Assembly (NCBI GenBank): GCA_041695325.1
Contig: JBGFRC010000029.1
Span: 4,526 to 68,525 of the forward strand
Source: Pseudomonadota bacterium
GTDB lineage: Bacteria > Pseudomonadota > Gammaproteobacteria > SURF-13
Direction: 5' to 3'
DNA: 64,000 bases
The notes under the pieces were generated by a model, which saw only the letters and a list, made by a program, of their open reading frames with translations, had not been told where the DNA came from and ran no database searches. Shown here piece after piece: positions 1 to 10,815 of this stretch; the first letter of the stretch is position 1; the number at the start of each line of letters is the position of its first letter. The translations under genes were made by a program, and so were the position numbers.

Positions 1-1137
1 GACATCCCGGCGCGCATGGGCGGCGATGAATTCGCGGTAGTGCTGCCGCGCGCCAGCGCGGACGAGGCCGCATTGGTGGCGCGGAAGATACTCAACGCCG
101 TGCAGGAATCCATAATCACTGAGGGATTGAGCCTGGAGGTCGGGGCCAGCATCGGCGCAGCACTTTACCCTGAGCATGGCACGGAGGCCGATGTGCTCAT
201 GCAGCATGCCGACGCGGCGATGTACGCGGCCAAGCAGAGCGGCGGTTATGCCGTTTATGCAGCGCTATCCGAGTATTGCCCAGTGCATCGCCTGGCGCTT
301 ATCGGAGAGCTGCGCCAGGCCATTGAGTGTGAAGAATTGGCGCTCTGCTATCAGCCCAAGATTTCCATAGCGACCGGCGAGGTGGTGAGCGTGGAGGCCC
401 TGGTGCGCTGGCATCATCCCCAGCATGGTCTGATCGAGCCCGATCAATTTATCCCGATTGCCGAGCGCAGCGGCTTGATCGACAGGCTCACCTTGCGGGT
501 GCTCGCCGCCGCCTTGCGCCAGGGGAGAATCTGGCATCAAATGGGCTTGACCATCGGCGTCGCGGTTAACCTTTCCCGGCACAACCTGCAAAACCGTGAG
601 CTACCGGAGCAGATCATGCAGTTGCTGCAAGCCAGCGGTTTCGCGCCGCAGTATCTGGAGCTGGAGATCACCGAGAGCATGCCTGTTCCCGATCCGGCGC
701 GCGTCACGGACATGCTCATGCGCCTGAGCGAGCTGGGCGTGCGGCTGTCCATTGACGGCTTCGGTAGCGGCTATTCCTCGCTCAGTTATCTCAAGAAACC
801 GCCGGTGGACGAGATCAAGATCGGTCAGTTCTTTGTGACCGACATGGCGACGAACGAAGACGATGCCGTGATTGTGCACCAGATTATTGATCTGGCGCAT
901 GCGTTCGGGATCAAGGTGGTGGGCGAAGGCGTCGAGACCTCCCAGGTCTTGGACAGGCTCGCCAAGTTGAATTGCGATTTTGCGCAGGGCTATTACCTCA
1001 GCGCTCCCTTGCCCGCCGCGGAGTTCACGGACTGGCTGCATCAACGGCTGCAAAGCAGGCTCCGGTCGCCCCCCCCCCCCGCCTGTAAAGCCGCTCGCGA
1101 CGATTTATGGGTACCTCTAAAAAATGATGGATTTTGA
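1..1137 (+). CDS. GGDEF-EAL domain c-di-GMP signalling protein (5' truncated by window edge)
   Basis: Frame open from base 1; RMGGDEF motif, then EAL domain motifs EALVRW, VAVNLS, ELEITES, EGVE, QGYY; loop-6 reads DGFG and KID reads KIG. Confidence 0.93.
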   Translation, partial: DIPARMGGDEFAVVLPRASADEAALVARKILNAVQESIITEGLSLEVGASIGAALYPEHGTEADVLMQHADAAMYAAKQSGGYAVYAALSEYCPVHRLALIGELRQAIECEELALCYQPKISIATGEVVSVEALVRWHHPQHGLIEPDQFIPIAERSGLIDRLTLRVLAAALRQGRIWHQMGLTIGVAVNLSRHNLQNRELPEQIMQLLQASGFAPQYLELEITESMPVPDPARVTDMLMRLSELGVRLSIDGFGSGYSSLSYLKKPPVDEIKIGQFFVTDMATNEDDAVIVHQIIDLAHAFGIKVVGEGVETSQVLDRLAKLNCDFAQGYYLSAPLPAAEFTDWLHQRLQSRLRSPPPPACKAARDDLWVPLKNDGF

Positions 1138-1221
1138 TTCAAGACAAGGCGCAGCCTACACGCCGGTAGGTGAACAGCGCGCTGCAACGCAGTATTGAAG
1201 CACGCATTTTTAGAAGTGCCC
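1109..1221. mobile_element. 113-bp MITE-like element
   Basis: Terminal inverted repeats GGGTACCTCTAAAAA (1109-1123) and TTTTTAGAAGTGCCC (1207-1221), 13/15 match; TTAT on both flanks (1105-1108, 1222-1225); no transposase. Confidence 0.7.
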
Positions 1222-2538
1222 TTATGTCGTTATGTATATCTTGTCCCGCCATTGCAAGGCCTTGGCGAGGATAGTCTGCTCATCGAGGGTGGTGAGCTTG
1301 CGCTCATGCAGCAGGCGTTGCCCGGCCACCCAGACGTCGGTGACCTGATGACGTCCCGCCGCATACACCAGTTGCGACACGGGATCATACAGCGGCTGAG
1401 TTTCGATGGCGCCCAAATGCACGGCGGTCATGTCGGCGGCCTTGCCGGTTTGCAGCGAACCTATTCTGTCTTCCAATCCCAGCGCGCGCGCGCCGTTGAT
1501 CGTCGCCAGGCGCAGGGCCGTAGCTGCGGGCACGCGGGTGGCGTCGCCGCTCACGCCCTTGGCGAGCAGGGCGGCGCTGCGCATCTCGCTCCACATGTCG
1601 AGGTCATTGTTGCTTGCCGCCCCGTCGGTGCCGATGGCCACGTTCACGCCGGCCTGCAGCAGCTTGGCCACCGGGCAGAAACCGCTGGCCAGCTTGAGAT
1701 TGGATTCAGGGCAGTGCAGCACGTGCGCGCCGCTCTGCGCAACCTGGGCGATCTCCTCATCGGTCAGCTGTGTCATGTGCACCGCCATGAGAGAGGGTGA
1801 GAGCAGCCCCAGTTGTTGGAGGCGTTGCAGCGGGCGCACGCTGTGCCTTTCCAGGCTTTGCCGCACTTCGTCCGCGGTCTCGTGCACGTGCATATGGATT
1901 TGCAGATTCAGCTCTTCCGCGTAGGTGGCGATAGTCCGCAGCGGCGTGTCGGATACGGTATACGGCGCGTGCGGCGCGAAACAGGTGGTGATGAGCGGCT
2001 CGTCGCGCAGCGCGTCGTGCAGCGCGACGCCCTTATGCAGATACTCATCCGCGTTGCCTGCCCATGCGCTGGGAAAGTCCAGTACGATCAGCCCCGCGTT
2101 GGCGCGCATGCCGCAGCGTGCGGCTACCTGTGCGGCGACATCGGGGAAGAAATACATGTCGTTAAAGCACGTCGTGCCGCCGCGCAGCATCTCCGCGATG
2201 GCGAGTTCGGTGCCGTCGTGCACGAATTCGGGGCTTACCCAGGCGTTTTCCGCGGGCCAGATGTGCTGATTCAGCCATTCCATCAGCGGCAGATCGTCGG
2301 CCAGCCCGCGCAACAGCGACATCGGGGCGTGGGTGTGCGCGTTGATGAGGCCCGGAATCAGCGCATGCTCAAGGAGGCGCACGGTTTCCGCGGCCTGGTA
2401 GCGCGTCCCCGCTTCCATGCCAGGCAGCAGGGCGACGATGCGCCCTTCATGCACTGCCACGCAGTGGTGTTCCAGCGCGCCCGCGGGCTCCACCGGAATC
2501 ACCCAGCGCGCGTGTATGATCAAATCAATCGGTTGCAT
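1222..2538 (-). CDS. mtaD: TRZ/ATZ-family amidohydrolase, 5'-methylthioadenosine/S-adenosylhomocysteine deaminase
   Basis: NAHTH metal motif, HVHET, HCPESNLKLASG, GTDGAASNN; close to mtnA-gyrA as in Pseudomonas-type gene order. Confidence 0.85.
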   Translation of the reverse strand: MQPIDLIIHARWVIPVEPAGALEHHCVAVHEGRIVALLPGMEAGTRYQAAETVRLLEHALIPGLINAHTHAPMSLLRGLADDLPLMEWLNQHIWPAENAWVSPEFVHDGTELAIAEMLRGGTTCFNDMYFFPDVAAQVAARCGMRANAGLIVLDFPSAWAGNADEYLHKGVALHDALRDEPLITTCFAPHAPYTVSDTPLRTIATYAEELNLQIHMHVHETADEVRQSLERHSVRPLQRLQQLGLLSPSLMAVHMTQLTDEEIAQVAQSGAHVLHCPESNLKLASGFCPVAKLLQAGVNVAIGTDGAASNNDLDMWSEMRSAALLAKGVSGDATRVPAATALRLATINGARALGLEDRIGSLQTGKAADMTAVHLGAIETQPLYDPVSQLVYAAGRHQVTDVWVAGQRLLHERKLTTLDEQTILAKALQWRDKIYITT

Positions 2539-2574
2539 GCTGCGCCGCTTGGCGTTATCTCAACGGTGCCGGAT

Positions 2575-2601
2575 AAAAAAAGCCCCGCAGAGCGGGGCTT
2601 T
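2575..2601 (-). terminator. Rho-independent terminator of the ompA-like gene
   Basis: Minus strand AAAGCCCCGC-TCT-GCGGGGCTTTTTTT just after the stop codon. Confidence 0.85.
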
Positions 2602-2624
2602 GGTGTGATCTCCAAGGTTTCGTA

Positions 2625-3302
2625 TCAGGGGGCTTCGCGCTGCACCTTGGCCTCGACGACCACGCGGCGATTCGGTGCCAGGCACTCTATCAAGGCCTTG
2701 TTATGGCGATTCTCCGGACCCTTGATGTGGGCGCATTCAACCACCGGCTCCGACTCGCCCTTGGCGTCGGTTTCAATGCGCTGCGAGGCCACGCCCTTGC
2801 TCACCATGTAGGACTTCACGGCGTCAGCGCGGCGCTGTGACAGCCGCATGTTGTAAGCGTCGGTGCCGATGCGGTCGGCGTGCCCGGTGACCAGCAGCAC
2901 GTCCACTTGCGTGTACTCCTGCATCTTGGCGACAAACTCATCCAGCTTCGCCTTGCCTTCCGGCTTCAGTATGGCCTTGTCGAAGTCAAAGTAAGCGTCG
3001 GTCTGCAACACGGCGCGAATGGCAGGGGGCTGCGGGCGTACTGGAGGTGGAGGCTTGACGACCGGAGCGGGCTCCGCCGGCGGTTCCACCGCGTCGCCGC
3101 ATTCCACCAGGAAATGTGCGGGGTCGCCCCAGGAGCCGGTGCGGACACATTTCTCGGAACCGTCTCTGATCAGCGTGCCGCCGGTATCCACGATATAGGC
3201 GTGGTTTTTGAAGATCCCTGCCGCATGAGCGGTGCTAAAGCCAAGGAACGGGCTGACGGCTATGATACTTCCCAGTATGAAATTCTTGATGGTTTTGGTC
3301 AT
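2625..3302 (-). CDS. OmpA/RmpM-family peptidoglycan-binding protein
   Basis: Signal peptide, Pro-rich linker, FDFDKA, GHADRIG..YN..LSQRRA, NRRV motifs. Confidence 0.92.
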   Translation of the reverse strand: MTKTIKNFILGSIIAVSPFLGFSTAHAAGIFKNHAYIVDTGGTLIRDGSEKCVRTGSWGDPAHFLVECGDAVEPPAEPAPVVKPPPPVRPQPPAIRAVLQTDAYFDFDKAILKPEGKAKLDEFVAKMQEYTQVDVLLVTGHADRIGTDAYNMRLSQRRADAVKSYMVSKGVASQRIETDAKGESEPVVECAHIKGPENRHNKALIECLAPNRRVVVEAKVQREAP

Positions 3303-3564
3303 TGTTGTGACTCCTTAAACTGGTTGCGATTGGGAAATCAATTTTTCGCTCTGAAACTGCGCTACTCTTCAACCTGTTCCCAATGATTAAATTCAAACCC
3401 ATACTAATGTATCCCCCGATCAAATACAATTGATTTATATCAAAATATAATCAACCGGCTGTAGACGTTTGTCAAATGATGATTGTCTTCGGAAATGCAC
3501 GTCCCCGCCTGCCGTATGGATGTCGGATTGATTGGATAAGCCATTGATTATTAGGTAAATACTC

Positions 3565-4656
3565 ATGTCTTTCCCGGAGCACGACCGTGTGCGCGCCGTC
3601 ACCTGGGATGACGGCGCGCTGCGGCTTCTGGATCAGCGCGCGCTGCCGCTGCGGGTGGAGTATCTCCACTGCAGCTCTGCCTCCGCGGTGGCGCGCGCCA
3701 TTCATGACATGGCGGTGCGCGGTGCGCCCGCCATCGGCATTGCGGCGGCCTATGGCGTGGTGCTTGCGGCCCGGGCGCGTTATGCCGCTGCGCCCGGCGC
3801 ATGGAAGCAGGACATCGAGGTGGATATCGCCTTATTGCTGGACTCGCGTCCTACGGCGGTGAACCTGCGCTGGGCGGTAGAGCGCATGCGCGGTCGTATT
3901 AATAGTCTCTTTTCCAACTCCCCCTCTCCCTCCGGGAGAGGGATGGGGAGAGGGGAGGGCAGCGACCCTGTACCTGCCCTTTTGTCTGAGGCGCGCGCCA
4001 TCCATGAGGAAGACATCGCCGCCAACCGGCGCATGGGCGAGCTGGGCGCGGCGCTGATCACTCCGGGGAGCGCGGTGCTTACGCACTGCAACACCGGTGC
4101 GCTCGCCACCGGCGGCTACGGCACGGCGCTGGGCGTGATCCGCGCCGCCTATGCGGGGGGCAAGATCACGCAAGTGTACGCCGGCGAGACGCGCCCCTGG
4201 CTGCAAGGCGCGCGCCTGACCGCCTGGGAGCTGGTGCAGGAGCGCATACCCGTCACTTTGATCGCCGATAGCGCCGCCGCCTATCTCATGGCGCAGGGCT
4301 GGGTGCGCTGGGTGATCGTGGGCGCGGACCGCATCGCCGGGAACGGCGATACCGCGAATAAAATCGGCACCTACAGCCTGGCGCTGGCGGCGCGCCGCCA
4401 CGGGGTGAAGTTCATGGTGGTGGCGCCGGTTGCCACGCTCGACAGCCGCCTCGCCAACGGGGCGGGAATACCGGTGGAGCAACGTGCCGCAGACGAGGTG
4501 CTGACCCTGAACGGCCAGATCGTGGCCGCGCCCGGCGCTTCCGCCTGGAATCCGGGCTTCGACATCACCCCGGCGGAACTGATAGACGCCTGGGTGAGCG
4601 AGCGCGGAGTGGTGCTCCAGCCCACGGCGGCGAAAATCCGCGCCCTGACGGGGTAG
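3565..4656 (+). CDS. mtnA: S-methyl-5-thioribose-1-phosphate isomerase
   Basis: [43 protein letters not shown] motifs. Confidence 0.95.
   Translation: MSFPEHDRVRAVTWDDGALRLLDQRALPLRVEYLHCSSASAVARAIHDMAVRGAPAIGIAAAYGVVLAARARYAAAPGAWKQDIEVDIALLLDSRPTAVNLRWAVERMRGRINSLFSNSPSPSGRGMGRGEGSDPVPALLSEARAIHEEDIAANRRMGELGAALITPGSAVLTHCNTGALATGGYGTALGVIRAAYAGGKITQVYAGETRPWLQGARLTAWELVQERIPVTLIADSAAAYLMAQGWVRWVIVGADRIAGNGDTANKIGTYSLALAARRHGVKFMVVAPVATLDSRLANGAGIPVEQRAADEVLTLNGQIVAAPGASAWNPGFDITPAELIDAWVSERGVVLQPTAAKIRALTG
3918..3959. repeat. CCCTCTCCC...GGGAGAGGG palindromic element, in frame inside mtnA
   Basis: ctccccctctccctccgggagagggatggggagaggggaggg encodes [14 protein letters not shown]; related copies at 36026 and 38261. 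Confidence 0.8.
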
Positions 4657-4659
4657 GGC

Positions 4660-4679
4660 CCCCCCTTTGCAAAGGGGGG
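4660..4679. repeat. Perfect 20-bp palindrome CCCCCCTTTGCAAAGGGGGG (REP-like)
   Basis: Lies 3 nt after the mtnA stop; no U-tract follows. Confidence 0.6.
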
Positions 4680-4785
4680 CGCCGGCCTATTTTCCGGGTG
4701 CGGGCGGACACGGAATTATGCTAAAATTATGCTGTGATTCAGTCCCTTTTCCATAATTCCCCAGTCCGCCGCCGCGCTCACTCCG

Positions 4786-7344
<2,559 letters not shown>

Positions 7345-7369
7345 AAGTAACGGAGAACAAAACATCATC

Positions 7370-8452
7370 ATGGCGCGCGTATTTAATTTCAGTGCGGGGC
7401 CGGCGGTGCTGCCGGAAGAAGTGTTGCAACAGGCCAGGGACGAAATGCTGGAGTGCGGCAAGTCCGGCATGTCGGTGATGGAGATGAGCCACCGCGGCAA
7501 GGACTTCATGGCCATCGCCGAGCAGGCGGAAAAGGACGTGCGCGAGCTGCTCGCGGTGCCGGCCAACTACAAGGTGCTGTTCCTGCAAGGCGGAGCCACG
7601 GCGCAGTTTGCCATGGTTCCGATGAACTTGCTGCGCGGCAAGGACACGGCCGATTACTTGAACACCGGCGACTGGTCGCAAAAGGCCATCGCCGAGGCCA
7701 AACGCTATTGCAAGGTGAACGTCGCGGCCAGCTCCGAGGATAAAAATTTCACCTATATCCCGGAACGCGCACAGTGGAAGCTTAACCCCGACGCCGCCTA
7801 CGTGCATTACACGCCGAATGAAACCATACGCGGCGTGGAGTTTCCCGGCATACCGGACACGCGCGGCGTGCCGCTGGCGGCGGATTTTTCGTCCACCCTG
7901 TTGTCGCGCCCGCTGGATGTGAGCCGCTTCGGCGTGATCTACGCCGGCGCGCAGAAAAACATCGGCCCGGCGGGGCTGGCGCTGGTGATTGCGCGCGAGG
8001 ATTTGATGGGCCGGACTCTGCCCGGCGCCCCGCTCATGTTCGATTACAAGACCCACGCCGATCACGGCTCCATGTACAACACGCCGCCCACCTATGCCTG
8101 GTATATCGCGGGCCTGGTGTTTCGGTGGCTGAAGCGTCAGGGCGGGCTCGCCGCCATGGCCGAGCGCAACAAGCGCAAGGCGGATAAACTGTATGCGGCG
8201 ATAGACGATTCCGGCGGGTTTTACCGCAATCCGGTGGAAAAATCCTGCCGCTCCTGGATGAACGTGCCGTTCACGCTGCCAGACCCGAAGCTGGATGAGA
8301 GCTTCATGGCCGAGGCGAAAAAGTCCGGTCTGGTGGCGCTCGCCGGACACCGCTCGGTGGGCGGCATGCGCGCCAGCGTCTATAACGCCATGCCGGAAAA
8401 AGGCGTGGATGCCTTGATCGAATTCATGCGCGAGTTTGCGCGCCGTCATTGA
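7370..8452 (+). CDS. serC: Phosphoserine aminotransferase
   Basis: FNFSAGPA, EMSHR, YAGAQKNIGPAG, GHRSVGGMRAS. Confidence 0.98.
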   Translation: MARVFNFSAGPAVLPEEVLQQARDEMLECGKSGMSVMEMSHRGKDFMAIAEQAEKDVRELLAVPANYKVLFLQGGATAQFAMVPMNLLRGKDTADYLNTGDWSQKAIAEAKRYCKVNVAASSEDKNFTYIPERAQWKLNPDAAYVHYTPNETIRGVEFPGIPDTRGVPLAADFSSTLLSRPLDVSRFGVIYAGAQKNIGPAGLALVIAREDLMGRTLPGAPLMFDYKTHADHGSMYNTPPTYAWYIAGLVFRWLKRQGGLAAMAERNKRKADKLYAAIDDSGGFYRNPVEKSCRSWMNVPFTLPDPKLDESFMAEAKKSGLVALAGHRSVGGMRASVYNAMPEKGVDALIEFMREFARRH

Positions 8453-8459
8453 TAAAGCC

Positions 8460-9623
8460 ATGTTCAAGATTTTGACCCTGAATAATATTTCTGTTGTTGG
8501 TCTGGAGCGCCTGCCGCGCGACCAATACGAAATCGCCTCCGAGATACAGCACCCGGACGCCATCCTGTTGCGCTCCGCCGACATGCACAGGATGGAGCTG
8601 CCGGAAGGTCTCAAGGCCGTAGGGCGCGCGGGGGCCGGTGTGAACAACATTCCGGTGGAAAAGTTGGCCAAGCTGGGCGTGCCGGTGTTCAACGCGCCCG
8701 GCGCCAACGCCAACGCGGTGAAGGAGCTGGTGCTGGCGGGCATGCTGCTCGCCGCGCGCAACATCTGCCGGGCGTGGGACTTCGCGCGCAAGCTGGACGG
8801 CGACGACGCCACGCTCAACAAACTGGTCGAGGCGGGCAAAAAGGATTACGCCGGATTTGAATTGCAGCATCGCACCCTGGGCGTGATCGGCCTCGGCGCC
8901 ATCGGGCGCGAGGTGGCAAACAGCGCGCTTGCGCTCGGCATGAAGGTGGTCGGCTTTGACCCGGGCATCACCGTGCAGGGCGCGTGGAAACTGTCTTCCG
9001 AGGTGCAGCAGGCGGCGAGCGTGGACGATCTCGTGTCCAGGGTGGACTTTCTCACCCTGCACGTGCCGCTCGCCGACGCCACGCGTCATCTCATCAACGC
9101 GCAACGCCTGAAGCTGATGAAAAAGGGCGCGGTGCTGCTCAACTTCGCGCGCGAGGGCATCGTGGACGACCGGGCGCTGAAAGAGGCGCTCGACGCCGGC
9201 GGGATTCACGCCTACGTGTGCGATTTCCCGGTCACTATTTTTAAGAACCACGCGCGTGTCATCGCGCTGCCGCACCTCGGCGCCTCCACCAGCGAGGCGG
9301 AGGACAACTGCGCCATCATGGTGGTGGAACAGGTGCGCGATTTCCTGGAGAACGGCAACATCCGCAACTCGGTGAATTATCCCGAAGTGGTGATGCCGCG
9401 CACCGAAGGCTACCGCATCGGCATCGCCAACGCCAACGTGCCCAACATGGTGGGGCAAATCTCCACCGCCATGGCCAAGGCCAATCTCAACATCGTGGAC
9501 CTGCTCAACAAGTCGCGCGGCGATTACGCCTATACCCTGGCCGACGTGAACAAGCCGATCCCGGACGCGGTGGTAAAAGAGATTGCCGCCATCGTCGGCG
9601 TGTTGTCGGTGAGAACTCTCTAG
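8460..9623 (+). CDS. serA: D-3-phosphoglycerate dehydrogenase with C-terminal ACT domain
   Basis: RAGAGVNNI, GLGAIG, NFAR, PHLGAST; follows serC; ATG 8460 chosen as start. Confidence 0.9.
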   Translation: MFKILTLNNISVVGLERLPRDQYEIASEIQHPDAILLRSADMHRMELPEGLKAVGRAGAGVNNIPVEKLAKLGVPVFNAPGANANAVKELVLAGMLLAARNICRAWDFARKLDGDDATLNKLVEAGKKDYAGFELQHRTLGVIGLGAIGREVANSALALGMKVVGFDPGITVQGAWKLSSEVQQAASVDDLVSRVDFLTLHVPLADATRHLINAQRLKLMKKGAVLLNFAREGIVDDRALKEALDAGGIHAYVCDFPVTIFKNHARVIALPHLGASTSEAEDNCAIMVVEQVRDFLENGNIRNSVNYPEVVMPRTEGYRIGIANANVPNMVGQISTAMAKANLNIVDLLNKSRGDYAYTLADVNKPIPDAVVKEIAAIVGVLSVRTL

Positions 9624-9624
9624 G

Positions 9625-9727
9625 GCAGAGAAAAGAGACAAGAGAAAAGAGAAAAGGGAGTGCGCATAAGCGGTATGCGCCTGGGCATGATTTTTCTTTT
9701 CTCTTGCCTCTTTGCTCTTTTCTCTGC
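9625..9727. repeat. Inverted heptamer tandem-repeat hairpin between serA and pheA
   Basis: Left arm AGAGAAA-AGAGACA-AGAGAAA-AGAGAAA; right arm TTTCTCT-TGCCTCT-TTGCTCT-TTTCTCT; inner hairpin GCGCATA/TATGCGC. Confidence 0.85.
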
Positions 9728-9742
9728 GCTTAAATTTAAATT

Positions 9743-10810
9743 ATGAACGACAAACTCCAATCGTTGCGCGTGCGCATTGACGAGCTGGATGAAAAAATCC
9801 AGACCTTGCTTAACGAGCGCGCGCGCTACGCGCTGGAGATCGCGCGGCTGAAAAACGGCGCACAACCCTACCGTCCGGAGCGCGAGGCCGAAGTGCTGCG
9901 CCAGGCGCTCCAGCGCAACCAGGGGCCGCTGAGCGGCGAGCAGGTCACGCGAGTCTTCCGCGAGATCATGTCCGCCTGCCGCGCCCTCGAACAGACTACG
10001 CGCGTCGCCTACCTGGGGCCGGAGGGCACCTTTACCCACAACGCCGCGCTTAAGCACTTCGGCCGCGCGATCGAAACCCGCGCGCTGCCCTCCATCGAAG
10101 AGGTATTCCGTGAGGTGGAGGCGGACGCCGCGGCCTACGGCGTGGTGCCGGTGGAAAATTCCACCGAGGGCGTGGTGGATCACACGCTGGACATGTTCCT
10201 GCACTCCTCGCTCCAGATTTGCGGCGAGATTGAATTGCGCATCCATCAGCAGCTCATGGGCAAGATGGCTGCCTTGAACGAGGTGCGGCGCCTCTACGCC
10301 CACCCGCAGTCCCTCGCGCAATGCCACAACTGGCTGGAGGCGCATCTGCCCGGTATCGAACGGCAGGGCGTGAGCAGCAACGCCGAGGGCGCACGCCGCG
10401 CCGCTCTCGAGGCGGGCGCCGCCGCCATCGCCGCCGAGCAGGCGGCGCAGATTTATCACTTGAACATACTCGCCGCCAACATCGAGGACGATCCGGACAA
10501 TACCACGCGCTTTCTGGTAATCGGAAAACAGGCCGTGCCGCCCAGCGGCCAGGATAAAACATCCCTGCTGCTCGCCACGGCCAACCGCCCCGGCGCGCTG
10601 CATCGTCTGCTGCAGCCGTTCGCCGGACACGCGATCTCGCTCACGCGCATCGAGTCGCGTCCATCGCGCCGGGGTCTGTGGAATTACGTGTTCTTCGTGG
10701 ACATCGAGGGCCACGCGCAGGACGCGAAAGTGGCGCAGGCGTTGTCCGAGCTGGAAGCCGACGGCGCACTGGTGAAAATCCTCGGCGCCTATCCCAGGGC
10801 GGTGCTGTAA
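9743..10810 (+). CDS. pheA: Chorismate mutase/prephenate dehydratase (P-protein)
   Basis: N-terminal CM domain LR..ID..D, LGPEGTF, PVENSTEG, NTTRF, IESRPS. Confidence 0.96.
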   Translation: MNDKLQSLRVRIDELDEKIQTLLNERARYALEIARLKNGAQPYRPEREAEVLRQALQRNQGPLSGEQVTRVFREIMSACRALEQTTRVAYLGPEGTFTHNAALKHFGRAIETRALPSIEEVFREVEADAAAYGVVPVENSTEGVVDHTLDMFLHSSLQICGEIELRIHQQLMGKMAALNEVRRLYAHPQSLAQCHNWLEAHLPGIERQGVSSNAEGARRAALEAGAAAIAAEQAAQIYHLNILAANIEDDPDNTTRFLVIGKQAVPPSGQDKTSLLLATANRPGALHRLLQPFAGHAISLTRIESRPSRRGLWNYVFFVDIEGHAQDAKVAQALSELEADGALVKILGAYPRAVL

Positions 10811-10815
10811 AAAAC

